Source of the DNA: Lingula anatina
Lineage: Eukaryota; Animalia; Brachiopoda
Reading direction: 5' to 3'
DNA length: 64,000 nucleotides
Assembly (NCBI GenBank): GCA_051362555.1
Contig: CM120640.1
Coordinates: forward strand, 59,622,788 to 59,686,787
Both the position numbers and the translations under genes were made by a program. Shown here in pieces: positions 14,301 through 26,700 of this stretch. Below the pieces are notes generated by a model, which did no database searches, was not told where the DNA came from, and saw only the letters and a list, made by a program, of their open reading frames with translations. Numbering within the stretch: position 1 is the stretch's first letter; every line of letters starts with the position of its first letter.

Positions 14301-17300
14301 AAACCCCTATTTTGGGCACTGCTCCCATGATGACCATTTAAGGAAAATCATGTCACTTACTGTTCTCAAACTTACAGGAAAGAAACATGGGACTAAAATA
14401 CAGCTTCAGTAGGCAATGCAGTCTGTTTGGTAATATTTTCTGGCAGTTAAACAGTTTTTTGTGAAAATTTAATTTTTCACATATTGGCATTTTCAAGGTG
14501 TGACTTTGAAGTTCAATGATCCTGAAGACCTTTGCTTGTCACATTTTCTGAATGTCCATGTTACTAATATTCTATTATTAAAAATTGATGGTCATTATGC
14601 TGTTAAACATTATGTAATGTTACATTAAAATTTGAAGAAACCCCTATTTTGGGCACTGCTCCCATGATGAGCACTTAAGGAAAATCATGTCACTTACTGT
14701 TCTCAAACTTACAGGAAAGAAACATGGGACTAAAATACAGCTTCAGTAGGAAATGTAGTCTGTTTGGTAAATTTTTCTGGCAGTTAAACAGTTTTTTGTG
14801 AAAATTTAATTTTTCACATATTGGCATTTTCAAGGTGTGACTTAGAACCTCCACGGGCTTGAAGACCCATGCTAGTCACATTTTCTGAAAATCCATGATA
14901 CGTATATATTATTATTAAAAATTGATGGTCATTATGCTGTTAAGCATTATGTAATGTTGCATCAAAATAGAAGAAAACACAATTTTTGGTGCTGCTGCCA
15001 TGATGACCATTATGGGAAAACCGTGTTACTTATGACTGTCAAACTTTCAAAAAAGAAACACAGGACTAAAATGCAGCCTGAGTTAGAAAAGCAGTCTAAT
15101 TGGCTTCTTTTTCTGGAAGTTATACATTTTAGTGAAAAATTCATTATTATCGTGTTGGGACTCGGAGCTCCCATGGACATGAAGCCGAATAGTAATCAAA
15201 TTTTCTAAATGCCCATGCTATTTATAGTCAATAATCAAAAATTGGTGATAATTATTATATAATTTATTATGTAATGTTACATCAAAATTGACAAAAATCT
15301 TTTTGCACTGCTACTGCAAACATTATGAAAAGAAAACTGTGTTACTTATTATTATTATGTACAGACACAGATGTGTCTGTACATATAGCCGTCACCTGCG
15401 TCTGTCGTCGTCGCCGTCGTGCACTTTCACCGATAACACGATAAGTGAAAAACCGTTTTACCTTTTAGCTTGAAACTTACAGAACTGATGAATATTCATA
15501 ATATGCAGGTCAAGTTCGAAAATCAGCATGATCGGGTCACTTTTAGGGAATTTATGCTGTTTTTTCACTTTTTTCAGCATATGTGCAGCACCGATAACAC
15601 GATAAGTGGAAAACCATTTTACCTTTTGGCTTGAAACTTACAGTACTGATGAATATTCATAATACGCAGGTCAAGTTCGAAAATCAGCATGATCGGGTCA
15701 CTTTTAGGGAATTTATGCTGTTTTTTCACTTTATTCAGCATATATGCAGCACTGATAACACGATAAGTGGAAAACCATTTTACCTTTTGGCTTGAAACTT
15801 ACAGAACTGATGAATATTCATAATACGCAGGTCAAGTTCAAAAATCAGCATGATGGGGTCACTTTTAGGGAATTTATGCTGTTTTTTCACTTTTTTCAGC
15901 ATATATGCGGCACCGATAACACGATAAGTGGAAAACCATTTTACCTTTTGGCTTGAAACTTACAGAACTGATGAATATTCATAATACGCAGGTCAAGTTC
16001 GAAAATTGGCTTGATTGGACTATTTTTACAAATTTGAAGTTATGCTGTTTTTTTCCATTATTCAGCATATATGCAACACTGATAACGCATTTTAAGGAAA
16101 ACCAATCAGCCTTTTGTCTTGAAACTTACAGGAGTGATCAGTCTGACTAATATACAGATCAAGTTTGAAAGTAAGCTTGATCAGTTAAGTTTTGATGAAG
16201 TTATTAGCCTTTTTGTATATAAGTGGTTTTTCTTCAGATTTAATTCTTAGGCATGTTAACAGTCTCATTATGGAACAAATTAGATATGTAAAAGTGTTGT
16301 TTTGACATTTTCTGCTTCTTAAAAATATTGTTAGTTGATTATATAAAAATGACAGTACACCTTTTATTGTGCATTGTGTAATAAAGTATCAAAAATGGAA
16401 AGGAACTCATATATGCAGTTCGTCAGATTCAATCATTCACTAAGTTAAGAATCTCAGAATGGAGCAAGTTGGACATTTAAATTTGTTCTATTGATATTTT
16501 TCCTTTGACAACATATTTTAATTGATCATATAAAAATGACAGTAAATGGATTATTTTTTTATGTAAAAAAAAGGTATTGAAAATGGAAATAAACTCTTTT
16601 AAATTTAGTTTTTCTTGTTTAGATTTTGGGATTTTTGAAAGTGTGTCTGAACTCTATGGGCTAGACACATTTTGTGAATATCCATGATAGTTTTATTTTA
16701 TCATTAAAAAACTGATGGTTATTATGCTGTTAAGCATTGTGTAATATTGCATCAAAATTGAAAAAAAACCTATTTTGGGCACTGCCTCTGTAGTGACTAT
16801 GAAAGGAAAACCATGTCACTTGCTCTTTTTACACTTAAAGGAAAGAAACATAGGACTGAAATACGGCTTCAATCTGTCTCATTAGTTAATTTTCTGGAAG
16901 TTATAGAGTTTTTTTGTGAAAATATTTATCTTTCACATACTGGAATTTTCAATGTGGGACTTAGAGCTCCCTTGGGCATGAAGCCCAGTGGTAATCACAT
17001 TTTTTTAATGTCCATGTTTTTAATAGTAGATATTTAAAACATGGTGGTATTTATACAGTTAATCATTATGTAATGTTGCATCAAAATTGACAAAAAACCT
17101 ACTTTGTGCACTGCCACCATTAATGTTATAGAAAGAAAACTGTTACTTTCTATTTTTTCAACTAGTCTTACAAGAATGATTCTTAGTATTGACATACAGC
17201 TCATATTAGAAAACCAGCTCTATTAGATTATCATTTTTATTAAATTTATGCATTCTGGCACTTTCTAAGTATAAACTTGAACTCTGATGGGCCCGAAGCC

Positions 17301-17669
17301 TTATGCTTTTACTTTCGTCGGTGTTACCTGTTGTGCATAATTAAAATTTGATGTTGACTGTGCAGTTAAACATAATGTATTATTGTATCAGAATTGATAG
17401 TCTCCTATTTTGTGCATTATTGTTTTCTGCTTTTCTTAAGGTGTGACTTATGGGCCTGAAGACCTTTGAGAGGGTCAGTCTGTAAATTTCCCTTGGGTAT
17501 CACTAGGCTAAGTTATAATGTTATAAAGTCATTTGCCTAATTAATAGGCCATAAAGCACACTTGTTGATATTTCCCTGTAAACTCCCAATGGTTAAGCTC
17601 TCTGCTAGATTAATAATAAGGAAGCAGTGATAATTATGCAGGTAAATTTTGTTTTATATTGCAAATAAG

Positions 17670-17749
<80 letters not shown>

Positions 17750-20700
17750 AACTCAAAGATTAAAAGTTTGAATAGCAGCTTCATTGGAATTATATTTACC
17801 TCTGCCAAGGAGGTTATGTTTTCACCCCTGTTTGTCTGCCATCAACATAACTCAAAAAGTTATGAAACGGCTTTGATGAAATTTTCAGGAACTGTCAGGA
17901 GTGGGTCAAGGAGGACAATGATTAGTTTTTGGTGGTGGTTCGGGTCAGTAATCTATCAATAATCAATAATTATCAAAAATTGCTGCCTTGGCAGAGGTCT
18001 GCGCTCTCAGAGTGCTTTTCTAGTTTTTTTATGTTTTCCTTTTTAATTTTTTCTCAAACACTGGAATTTGTGACTTTTAACTCCCATCTGCCAGAGGCTC
18101 TGCACATTTTCTGTATTTCCACATAAGCAGTTGTATTGGTTTTTATGTCTTTAAACATTATGAAATATTATTTTATGCACTGTCATCATTTTTCAAATAT
18201 TGGGACTTTCATCATGTGAATTTGAACTCTCATGGTCCTGAAAGTGTAATCTTATTGAAGGGATGGATTGAGACCATCTTCTGGGTCTTTCGGAAGACGG
18301 TTGGGTTTTTAAGTTTATATTGACAGATATTTATTTTTTTTCTGTTGGAAGACCATCAAAATGGAGGATGGATCAACAAAGATACTTTGGAATACTGTCA
18401 GAAAATATCTCTGGGTCCGCTCCTGTTATTGACCATGTTACCTGTTGTGTATGATTAAAATTCAGTGTTGACTAACAGTGCTATTATAAGCATTATTTAT
18501 TATTGCATCAAAATTGACAAAATGACCTATTTTGCATCATTATTTTCTGTTTTTTGTCTGTAGATTTGACAGCTTTGCTGCCTTGTTCTTTTTTTGTATA
18601 ACCAAATATTGTGTCTGTAGACCAATTTAATGACAGTTCACTGTAGTCAGATAAGTATGATACAGTGTAAGGAACAGATATACATCCTGATAGTGTGCCA
18701 GATCAGGTTTGATTCCCTGTTGTTTCATTTAACACTTATATGTATGAGACCAACCTGTACTGAGCAACTAATGTCAGTCTAAAAAGCTGACGTATTCACT
18801 CCTGCATGATTGATAATTATTTAATGGAAATCCATTATTAATATCCACTTAATTGGAAGTGCATTACTGTTCAGTTCCTGTAATGTATTTAATCCTCTTT
18901 GGGTTTCTGTATGTTGCTTATCTTAAAATTGTTATGTCAGTAAAAGATTTTGAGTTGCACTGGGTCCCTACTTACAAGCACTGTACTGTAATTGTCTGCT
19001 ATCAAAATATTTGTACGAAATAAATGATCAGGGGTTAGCACGCAGATACTGTCTTTTTTTCTGATAGTGTAGCCAGCCAGGTATTCTTGCGTATTAAGTC
19101 TTATAAGAATTGAATAGAACCTTTTCCTCCGGGGGGTTGCCCAATTCCTGATAGTGAATAGCAATTCCTAAGAAATACAGAAGAATAGATCTGAAAGTAC
19201 AAGATTAACCAAAAAGGTGGAGCATTTGATAGACATAGTCCTGTCAGTGTTATGCTTGTGTTTATTAGTCTTAGGAAAATAAAGCTTGTGTGCTCTGAAA
19301 CCAGAGCTCAAGCATGACCACACAACTTGATCTTCAACACTGACTTTACTGTCCTATCTGTGATACAATCTGTATAAATTCAGATCATAGCAGTTTTAGG
19401 TGAATTTAAGTGAAGAACTGACTGTAAATTGTTTGAGTGTGTCATGCATCCTATCCAAGGCATGTTATTTTTTATCCCGGTACTAACACATGCAGCATTT
19501 GTCACACCAGATGTTATTTTATGTTATACCAAAGAGATGGGTCATCAACTGATTGATTGAGTTTATCAACATAGATGCCAAATGGGTACTTTAATTTTCT
19601 TTTAACTTAATCATGAAAAATCCACAAATATTTAATTTGTCAAGATATTCTGCATAGGACTTTGAAAACATATTTGGTACATTTCCTCATGGTCATTTCA
19701 CTCCAGAGACTTTTGCACTTTGTTTATGTAGGTTACAATTTATGTATCCATGGTAAACAAAAAGAATTTGCATGTTTGGTAAGATGTCAACTAGTTCACC
19801 ATTGGGTGACTAAGTGCAGGATTCAGTTGTCTGTACTCATCAGATGGTGTCAACTGGAGGAACTGCACTCAATTGTCATGTCATTCCAGTCATTTGGTGT
19901 GAGCCACAAGTTTATTATCACCTTTCATCCCTTGGAAGATAAAATGGATGACTCTTGCCTTTTTTTTTTACCCTTGATTGTGGAGGAAATCCAATAAATC
20001 ATGGGCGAATGCATTTTTGTGCGATGGTGGAGAAAGGGTGACAGTTGAGTGGTAGACTGTTTATTAAATGCACAGATTATGTCAACAGACAGCACTTGGA
20101 TTTAAAACAGTTTTTTGACATTTTGCTAAATACTGATGTTACAAGAGGGCATTATTTTTATTATTATTATAATGCAAACACATTTTGGTATGATTCCCCC
20201 CCTCCCCAATTTTGCCAATAAAAACCTTCCACCCCTGTATGTTTGATGGATGGACCTGTCAATCCAGGCAGCACCAACAATAGATCAGATGGAAAATATC
20301 ATCATCATTAATTTTCTGCTTTGTTGATCTGCGGAGACACTAATCCTCTTCTTTTTCAAGTTGGTAAATCACTTAAATGAATCTATATACAGATAAAGAT
20401 TTATGGTCTTGCCTTTTGACCCATGATTTGGTGCTATTATGCCTGGCATTGACTGAGCTTTTTTTCCTTAATATAAGGAACTATTGTGTTGAAATGGGAA
20501 ATTTGACAGGTTTTTAAATTCACTGGTAAAAGATTGTGACCCCCAGCATTTTTCATATAAACCTATGCTTTTCTTAGTTTATTCATAAATAAATGCTCAA
20601 TAAAATGTTTAAAAAAAAGAAATTTGATATTAACTCTAAATCAATTTCTTTATGATTTTTTGACAGTTGTGAGTCATTTCAAGGAAGACACTAAAATAGA

Positions 20701-23700
20701 TCACCGGTCCAATTGACTTCTTTATCTGAAATGTGTTGTCTTAATCTCTTATCAAAGTTGTAAAAATCCTGTTAAGAACTAATCAAAATATTAGGACTAC
20801 AACCAGTTGTTCATTGTGTAAAGGACAAAAGCCTAATGATTTTGATAAAGGTAATACTCATTGAATTGTTTTAATACCTAAAACCCTGGAAAAGATTTCT
20901 AAAAAAATTATGGGGGGTGACTGCATGTTTATCGGTGCAACTGAACACCCTGTTTTACTAGGAAAGTACCCAACGTCACCAACTAACAGGGTGCTGTTTT
21001 AAAATGCATGTGGGGATGGTGCCAGTAGTTCAACTATGGTTTTTTACCTAAACATTTGGTGTGTGTACTTTTGATGGCTTTCAAGTCATGCAATCAAAAG
21101 AAAACGTGTCCTCCAGTCACGTAAGGCATGGTGTGATAATCTTGTACTCCTACATAGCTGTGTTGCCTGACTAAAATGACAATCAATTCTCTGTCGCCAG
21201 TTTGACTTGTGAGATGAACACTGCAGGCAGTTTGACCAATATCTGACCTTCCTAATGTTTCCTGCAGATGTAATGCAGATATGAATGAAATATTTCTCAT
21301 TTATTATGTAGTGCTAATTAATGAATTATTAATTTGCATGTTTGTGTCAATGAAAGTTCAGCTGACCCTTCCAGGTAAAATGTCAGACACTGGAAGATTA
21401 ATTGCTTAAAACGTAATACTGGTGGCTGGTGTGTATATAGGAAGTGTAGTGAATTACTGTTCTGTACTCTTTGGCCATTGTTAAGGATTCTAAGGTAGTA
21501 ATAGGCTTCTTTTTTCATTTTAAGTCACATAAGGGCCCCTGCTTCACTACTTGACTTAATTCTTTGATCTATTCAAACATATTTTTCCACCACTTAAAAA
21601 TCATCTTTTTAATTGGTTCTTTAATAAGTATTGAAAATTGTGTTTTTGGAGCCTGATACGATTGTCTAAATAATGTTGGGACTGATTCATTGGGAAGCTG
21701 TCAAAATAATTGGCAAAGTTATGCTTTAGGCTGTTGAATTAGCACCACATTGTACAACATTTCAGTTATCAGACTAAAAACAATTGGTCATTTCTCCTTC
21801 AACTAACTGGTCAGTTTCTGTTATGTCTTTGTTATTTCAGGAGGCTTTTGCAAACACCCCTCTCTGAAATAGTACAATTTCATCAAGAATTAACCTTAAG
21901 GTTTAATGTCTTTTGCATGTTCATGTTAAAATTTTTTTAAATTTTGATTTAGCTTCTTAGGCATATGATTCTTTCCAGATTTATTAAAGGTATATGTAAG
22001 TTCTTAAATGCACTATTTAATACTTATTACAATGACAATATTTGAATTCATCTTAACAAAAAAAAAAAAAAAAATTGTTCATGAACTTGGCTTCTAAATG
22101 CATTTTATCATGTTTATTAGAAATCTATCTTGCTTTTAAGGGTGACAGTGTCTGATAAATAATGTATAGTTTATTTATGCTAATTTAGATTTAAAGAATT
22201 CAAAATGTCACTTGGACATTGTTAATCAGATAACTCCATTGATGATATTACTATACCTTGATCTTATACCATAGGTAGAAAATGAATGGAGTTTGCAGAT
22301 TTGACCGTGACTTTGCAAAAGGAAAAAACAAAATTATCATATATATCCAGGTTATCTGTTCCTGCTAGAGGCCACCAGGTCTTATTCCGTGCAGTGAGTG
22401 GGCTGCACATGCAATCTCTCAGATGGTAGGGCAGCCAAACTGGCAAGTTGTCATTAAGTGCTTCGATGTCATTTAGTACTTTAAGTACTCAGTGGGATCT
22501 AAATTTAGAGGGGAGGAGTTCAGGCCGTGCACCAGTGTATGTCACTAGGTGTATTACCTTGGAATGAATCAAATAACCTCTTATTAAATATGTACAGGGT
22601 CATTGTTCATTCAGTGTATGGAGGGTTTAACAAGACCCAGGTGTGCGTGTATGAAGTATCAACAATGATCAGTTGATTTTCTCCCCATTGTGATTGAGCA
22701 GCACATTTCGTGGCATTAACCCATAGGAAAACTGGAGCATTAGCTGTTACATTGTAACAATACATTGTACAGGAAGCCAGATTGTGTACTCAGCAGTTTC
22801 TGGAAGAGTCCATTCCTCAATATTGCGTTTATTAAGTAATATTGTATGAGAAGTCAAAGATTTTGCATTATTTATGTCTGATTAAACACTCTGCATTAAT
22901 GCTTTCTGTTTTTTAATGTTTTATATATATGCTGGCAGTGATGAGTTGATGCAGTTTCATAATGGCTTAAATTCTTTTTAATGAAATGAAATTTTTTTAA
23001 TTAAAATTTTTAATTGATGCAAGTTAATTTTTCATATTTGGCATTTTTCCATAAGGGGAATTTTATATTGTTTTAGTAATTGCAAAGATACGATTTTAAA
23101 GTTGTTACATCTTTAAAGGCAGTATTCAAAACATTGCACTAACTGTATTTCAAGACTTAAAAATTAAGTTTAATGATGCTTTTAGACATTTATCAAAATC
23201 AAGTTTTGTCCCCTTTTTCATAAAGCAGTTTTTTTTAAATAATAGTTCTTTAAATAAAGTGGCCTGCCCTATTGGTAACATCACACACAAGTAAATTTTA
23301 ATACAAACCTGCTAGTAGCATGTGTATTTTAATAATAATTTTAACCATTGCCAAATGGCCTTACGTCCAGGCCATTCTTAAATATTCTATTAGCCAGTGT
23401 TTGTGTTAATGTAAATGAATGTTTGCTCATCAGAACACCTGCATAGTTTTATTATTTAGTTTAGTCCATCTGAATAATATTTAGGGGAGAAAGGTTCCAT
23501 TGGGGTAGTCCAATTTCCTTGGTATCCACTATGCATCATATGAGTTCAGTCTATTTTGAGGGGTGTTTGGTAGAACTTTCACCCCTCTCAAATAATGGAA
23601 AAGTCCTAAATTTGTATGTGCGATAATTTTTTTCTTCATCATTATACCTTCTCATTGCTGTTTGTCATTAACTAGGTGTTTGGGCATTTTTGCTTGGATT

Positions 23701-26700
23701 TCGAAAGTAAAGAAAATCTTTGGTAACTAAGATAAAGTATTGTTGTAATCCAGATTAGTGTGCTTTGGCTAACTGGACTGATTCTTCTAAAATATAATCC
23801 AGCTTTGTACTCAGTTTTTTAAACCTCACTTAGAACATTGTGCATTTGAAAATGTGGAAGGAATTATGGGTCTAGCATGAATAAAAATAACTTTTTTATA
23901 AAGAGGCTATGAAAGACTATTCATTGACTTAAAGTGATTATGGAATTAAATCAAGTTTTTAGCCAGCAAAAATTGTTGTGAAAGAGAACCTTTCCACTGG
24001 CATAGTAGCAGTATCTTGGGTGAACATATTCTTAGAGGAGAAAATGCCATTGAATTCTGCATCTATTAATACAAAGAAAAAACAAAGAGCGTGTTATTGC
24101 AAGTTACTAGGAGAAAAATGAAATAATTTTGGTATTAGATTCAAGCAATGTGATTAGAATTTTATATAAATACATAAAAAAAGTATTAAAAAGAGAAGAA
24201 AGGGAGGGGGGAGAAAGACACTGAAGGCTGAGATCAAGCACAAGGGACTTGTAAATAGCTAGAAACAAATGGATTTGAGGTAAGATGAACAAAGTGATCT
24301 GTAAAACAAGTTTTGAGTTGATAAATAAGAGTTATAAAGGAGAGACATTGAAAGTTCTGTCAAAGATTTTTCATTGGAGTATTTCATCAATTATTTTACC
24401 CTTATGCCTTTATCGCTAAGATGGCAAAATCAATACACGTACTAAAGTAATTAACCAGTGGAAACATTTTGAGGTCAATTAATTTCTGGCTAGGTCCATA
24501 TTACAATTGATGCACATACCGTCATAATTTTCCCTATTAAAAACCATTAGGCCATTGAGTTCATTCTTATAAGAATTTTACTGACAGTTTGGTTTCCACT
24601 TTGTGTTCAAATTTTGATTGATATTTGTGGCACAAGTGCTTCTTATATTTTAAACATGTTTAAGGTGATAAGGGGATTGTTTAATTATGTTTTTAAGGGA
24701 GTGGTTAAGTGCAAGCCTTTTATGATACTACTGATCAGTTGCAAATGCTGGTTCATTATCGTATAGAATTGTCTCCTAGTTTAGACGTGTTTTCATTCTG
24801 AGAATATTTTATCATTTTTATGTTGTTTATTTAATTTTATTTTAGTTTTTAAAACCTGAACTCCAACATTAAATGAATATATTGACAAGAGATGTCCCCC
24901 TCCCACCATCATTACTGAGCTGATATAGCCCAAGTAGAAAAATATTGTACTCTCCTCTATTTAAATTGTGAAGAGAGCTTTATCTTCTCTTTTTAGTGGA
25001 ACTTGGGTGGGTTGTGTAAAGAATCCAGGAATGTTCTCTAGAAGGTAGAACAGATGAAGCTTTGTTGCAGGATAGAATAAGATATTCAGTTAAGAGTAAA
25101 AATAGGTTCTGTATATGTTATGCAACATGTGGCACGGAAATCAGGCTAAATACTTCCCTTATTGTGTATATGATTCCGCTTAAGATGTGTTGCTCAATCG
25201 CACCGTGTGGGTCTTAAATAGTTCCTGAACAATGCCCGGATTTTGAAGGTTTATGATAAAGACTGTGGCATTGTTTGATTCATGAAGCGGTCCTGTGTTT
25301 AAATTGTTTGATGTTCCTTCAAGGTTAAGGAAAAAATAATGATATATAATAATCAAAAATTGGCCTACTTTACAAAGATATGTTCTACCTAACTAAATTT
25401 CCTAATACATTTTAGGAAGATTCTGATATACATTTATTTTGGCTTACTGCCTATAATTGTGATAGTTGAGACATGCAAGGTTGCAATCACCAAGAGCATT
25501 TGTTTTGCCAAAGAGAATCATCTGAAAGTGCCCAAAGTCTCAGGGAGTTAAATCAAAGGAGATTTTGCAGGATTTGAAGGAAAAAAGGCAAATGTGTGGC
25601 AACTCATAAAAGCAGACAGCATTTAGCATCCAATATTTTTCTGGTTGTTTTCTCATAAGTGCTGTCAAATTACAGTGTATTGCTCAACAGTACCAATTCA
25701 GTCTTTTGTTAGGCTGATCCCTATTGGAACAATGACATCAGTAATGAGATATTGTCTTGGTCACCTTATAAAATTTTGTTAGACAATTTTTGTACCTTTT
25801 TAAAATAATTTAAATAGTCATACATATGGCACTGTCACATCATACAATTTTGATATTTTGTAAATGATATTTAACTTCATGTAGCAAATTGCATAGAATA
25901 ACGGGAATGGAAAACATACTTTTGCAAATTGAAGATTAAGTTATCACATATTCATTACAGGATGAGGCCAGCTTTGATCAGATATTCCAGGAGGCCACTT
26001 TCAAGTCTTACACATTCAAGCTCAGGGCCAAGCAGGAGACATATAATGTAAGCATTTTATTTTGTTTTCAATCCAGGAAGTAATTCTCAGCTTTTGCATG
26101 TACTTTCAGACACTGGGGGGTCTTAAAGGTTTTGTATTACAAGGTAACTTAGCAATTTGCCATGTATACTTCCATTCATATTATGATCTGCAGAGGGAGG
26201 AGGGAATTTCATCCAAAGTTCAAAATGTGCTTCACATCTTGTCAATGTTTTTGTAAGCACATTTTGTGTGGTCTTCAGATGAATAACATTTCCTTCCAAG
26301 GGACTAAGTTGTTCATAGAATGATAATTTTAGAAGGCCACGCATATCAGATGATGTCTTGCAAAAGACCTAACACTAGGCCAGGTTCAGAGCGAGGGCTG
26401 AATACATTTTTCACTGAGATGGCATGCCCAAATTATTTAAACTGCACAAGCGTACTTACAAGTGACAAAATGAATGATGCGGACTGTAAGATATTGGCAC
26501 AAGTTTTGATTTAGTTGGAACTCAACAGATATGTAGATTCTAGTTAAGTGCATAGATTTTAGTTGAATGCATACTTCATTTGAAGAAGTACCATGAAAAG
26601 ATGTAGATCTTGATGTCTATTTTTCCCCCCTGTAATATTATCTTGGGTCTTTAAATTGATATTTTCTTGTACTTTTTTGACAGCATTTCACTCTTGTTCA

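Larger units (their letters stand above)
13194..18588 (+). mobile_element. Composite/nested HINE cluster in the RPA1 giant intron
   Basis: Two 5' ends with palindrome gtacagacac-agat-gtgtctgtac (near 13199 and 15359), each followed by 161-bp arrays; 3' end tgtctgtag..cagctttgctg..ccttgtt at about 18555-18588; internal boundaries uncertain. Confidence 0.75.

Noticed and set aside
15480-15530. CTGATGA...CGAAA in the 161-bp repeat as a hammerhead ribozyme
   Set aside because: No stem II can form directly between CTGATGA and GAAA, and no convincing stem III or cleavage triplet
24100-25340. LINE 3'-end-like relics on the minus strand
   Set aside because: Too degenerate to call as a feature without a database search
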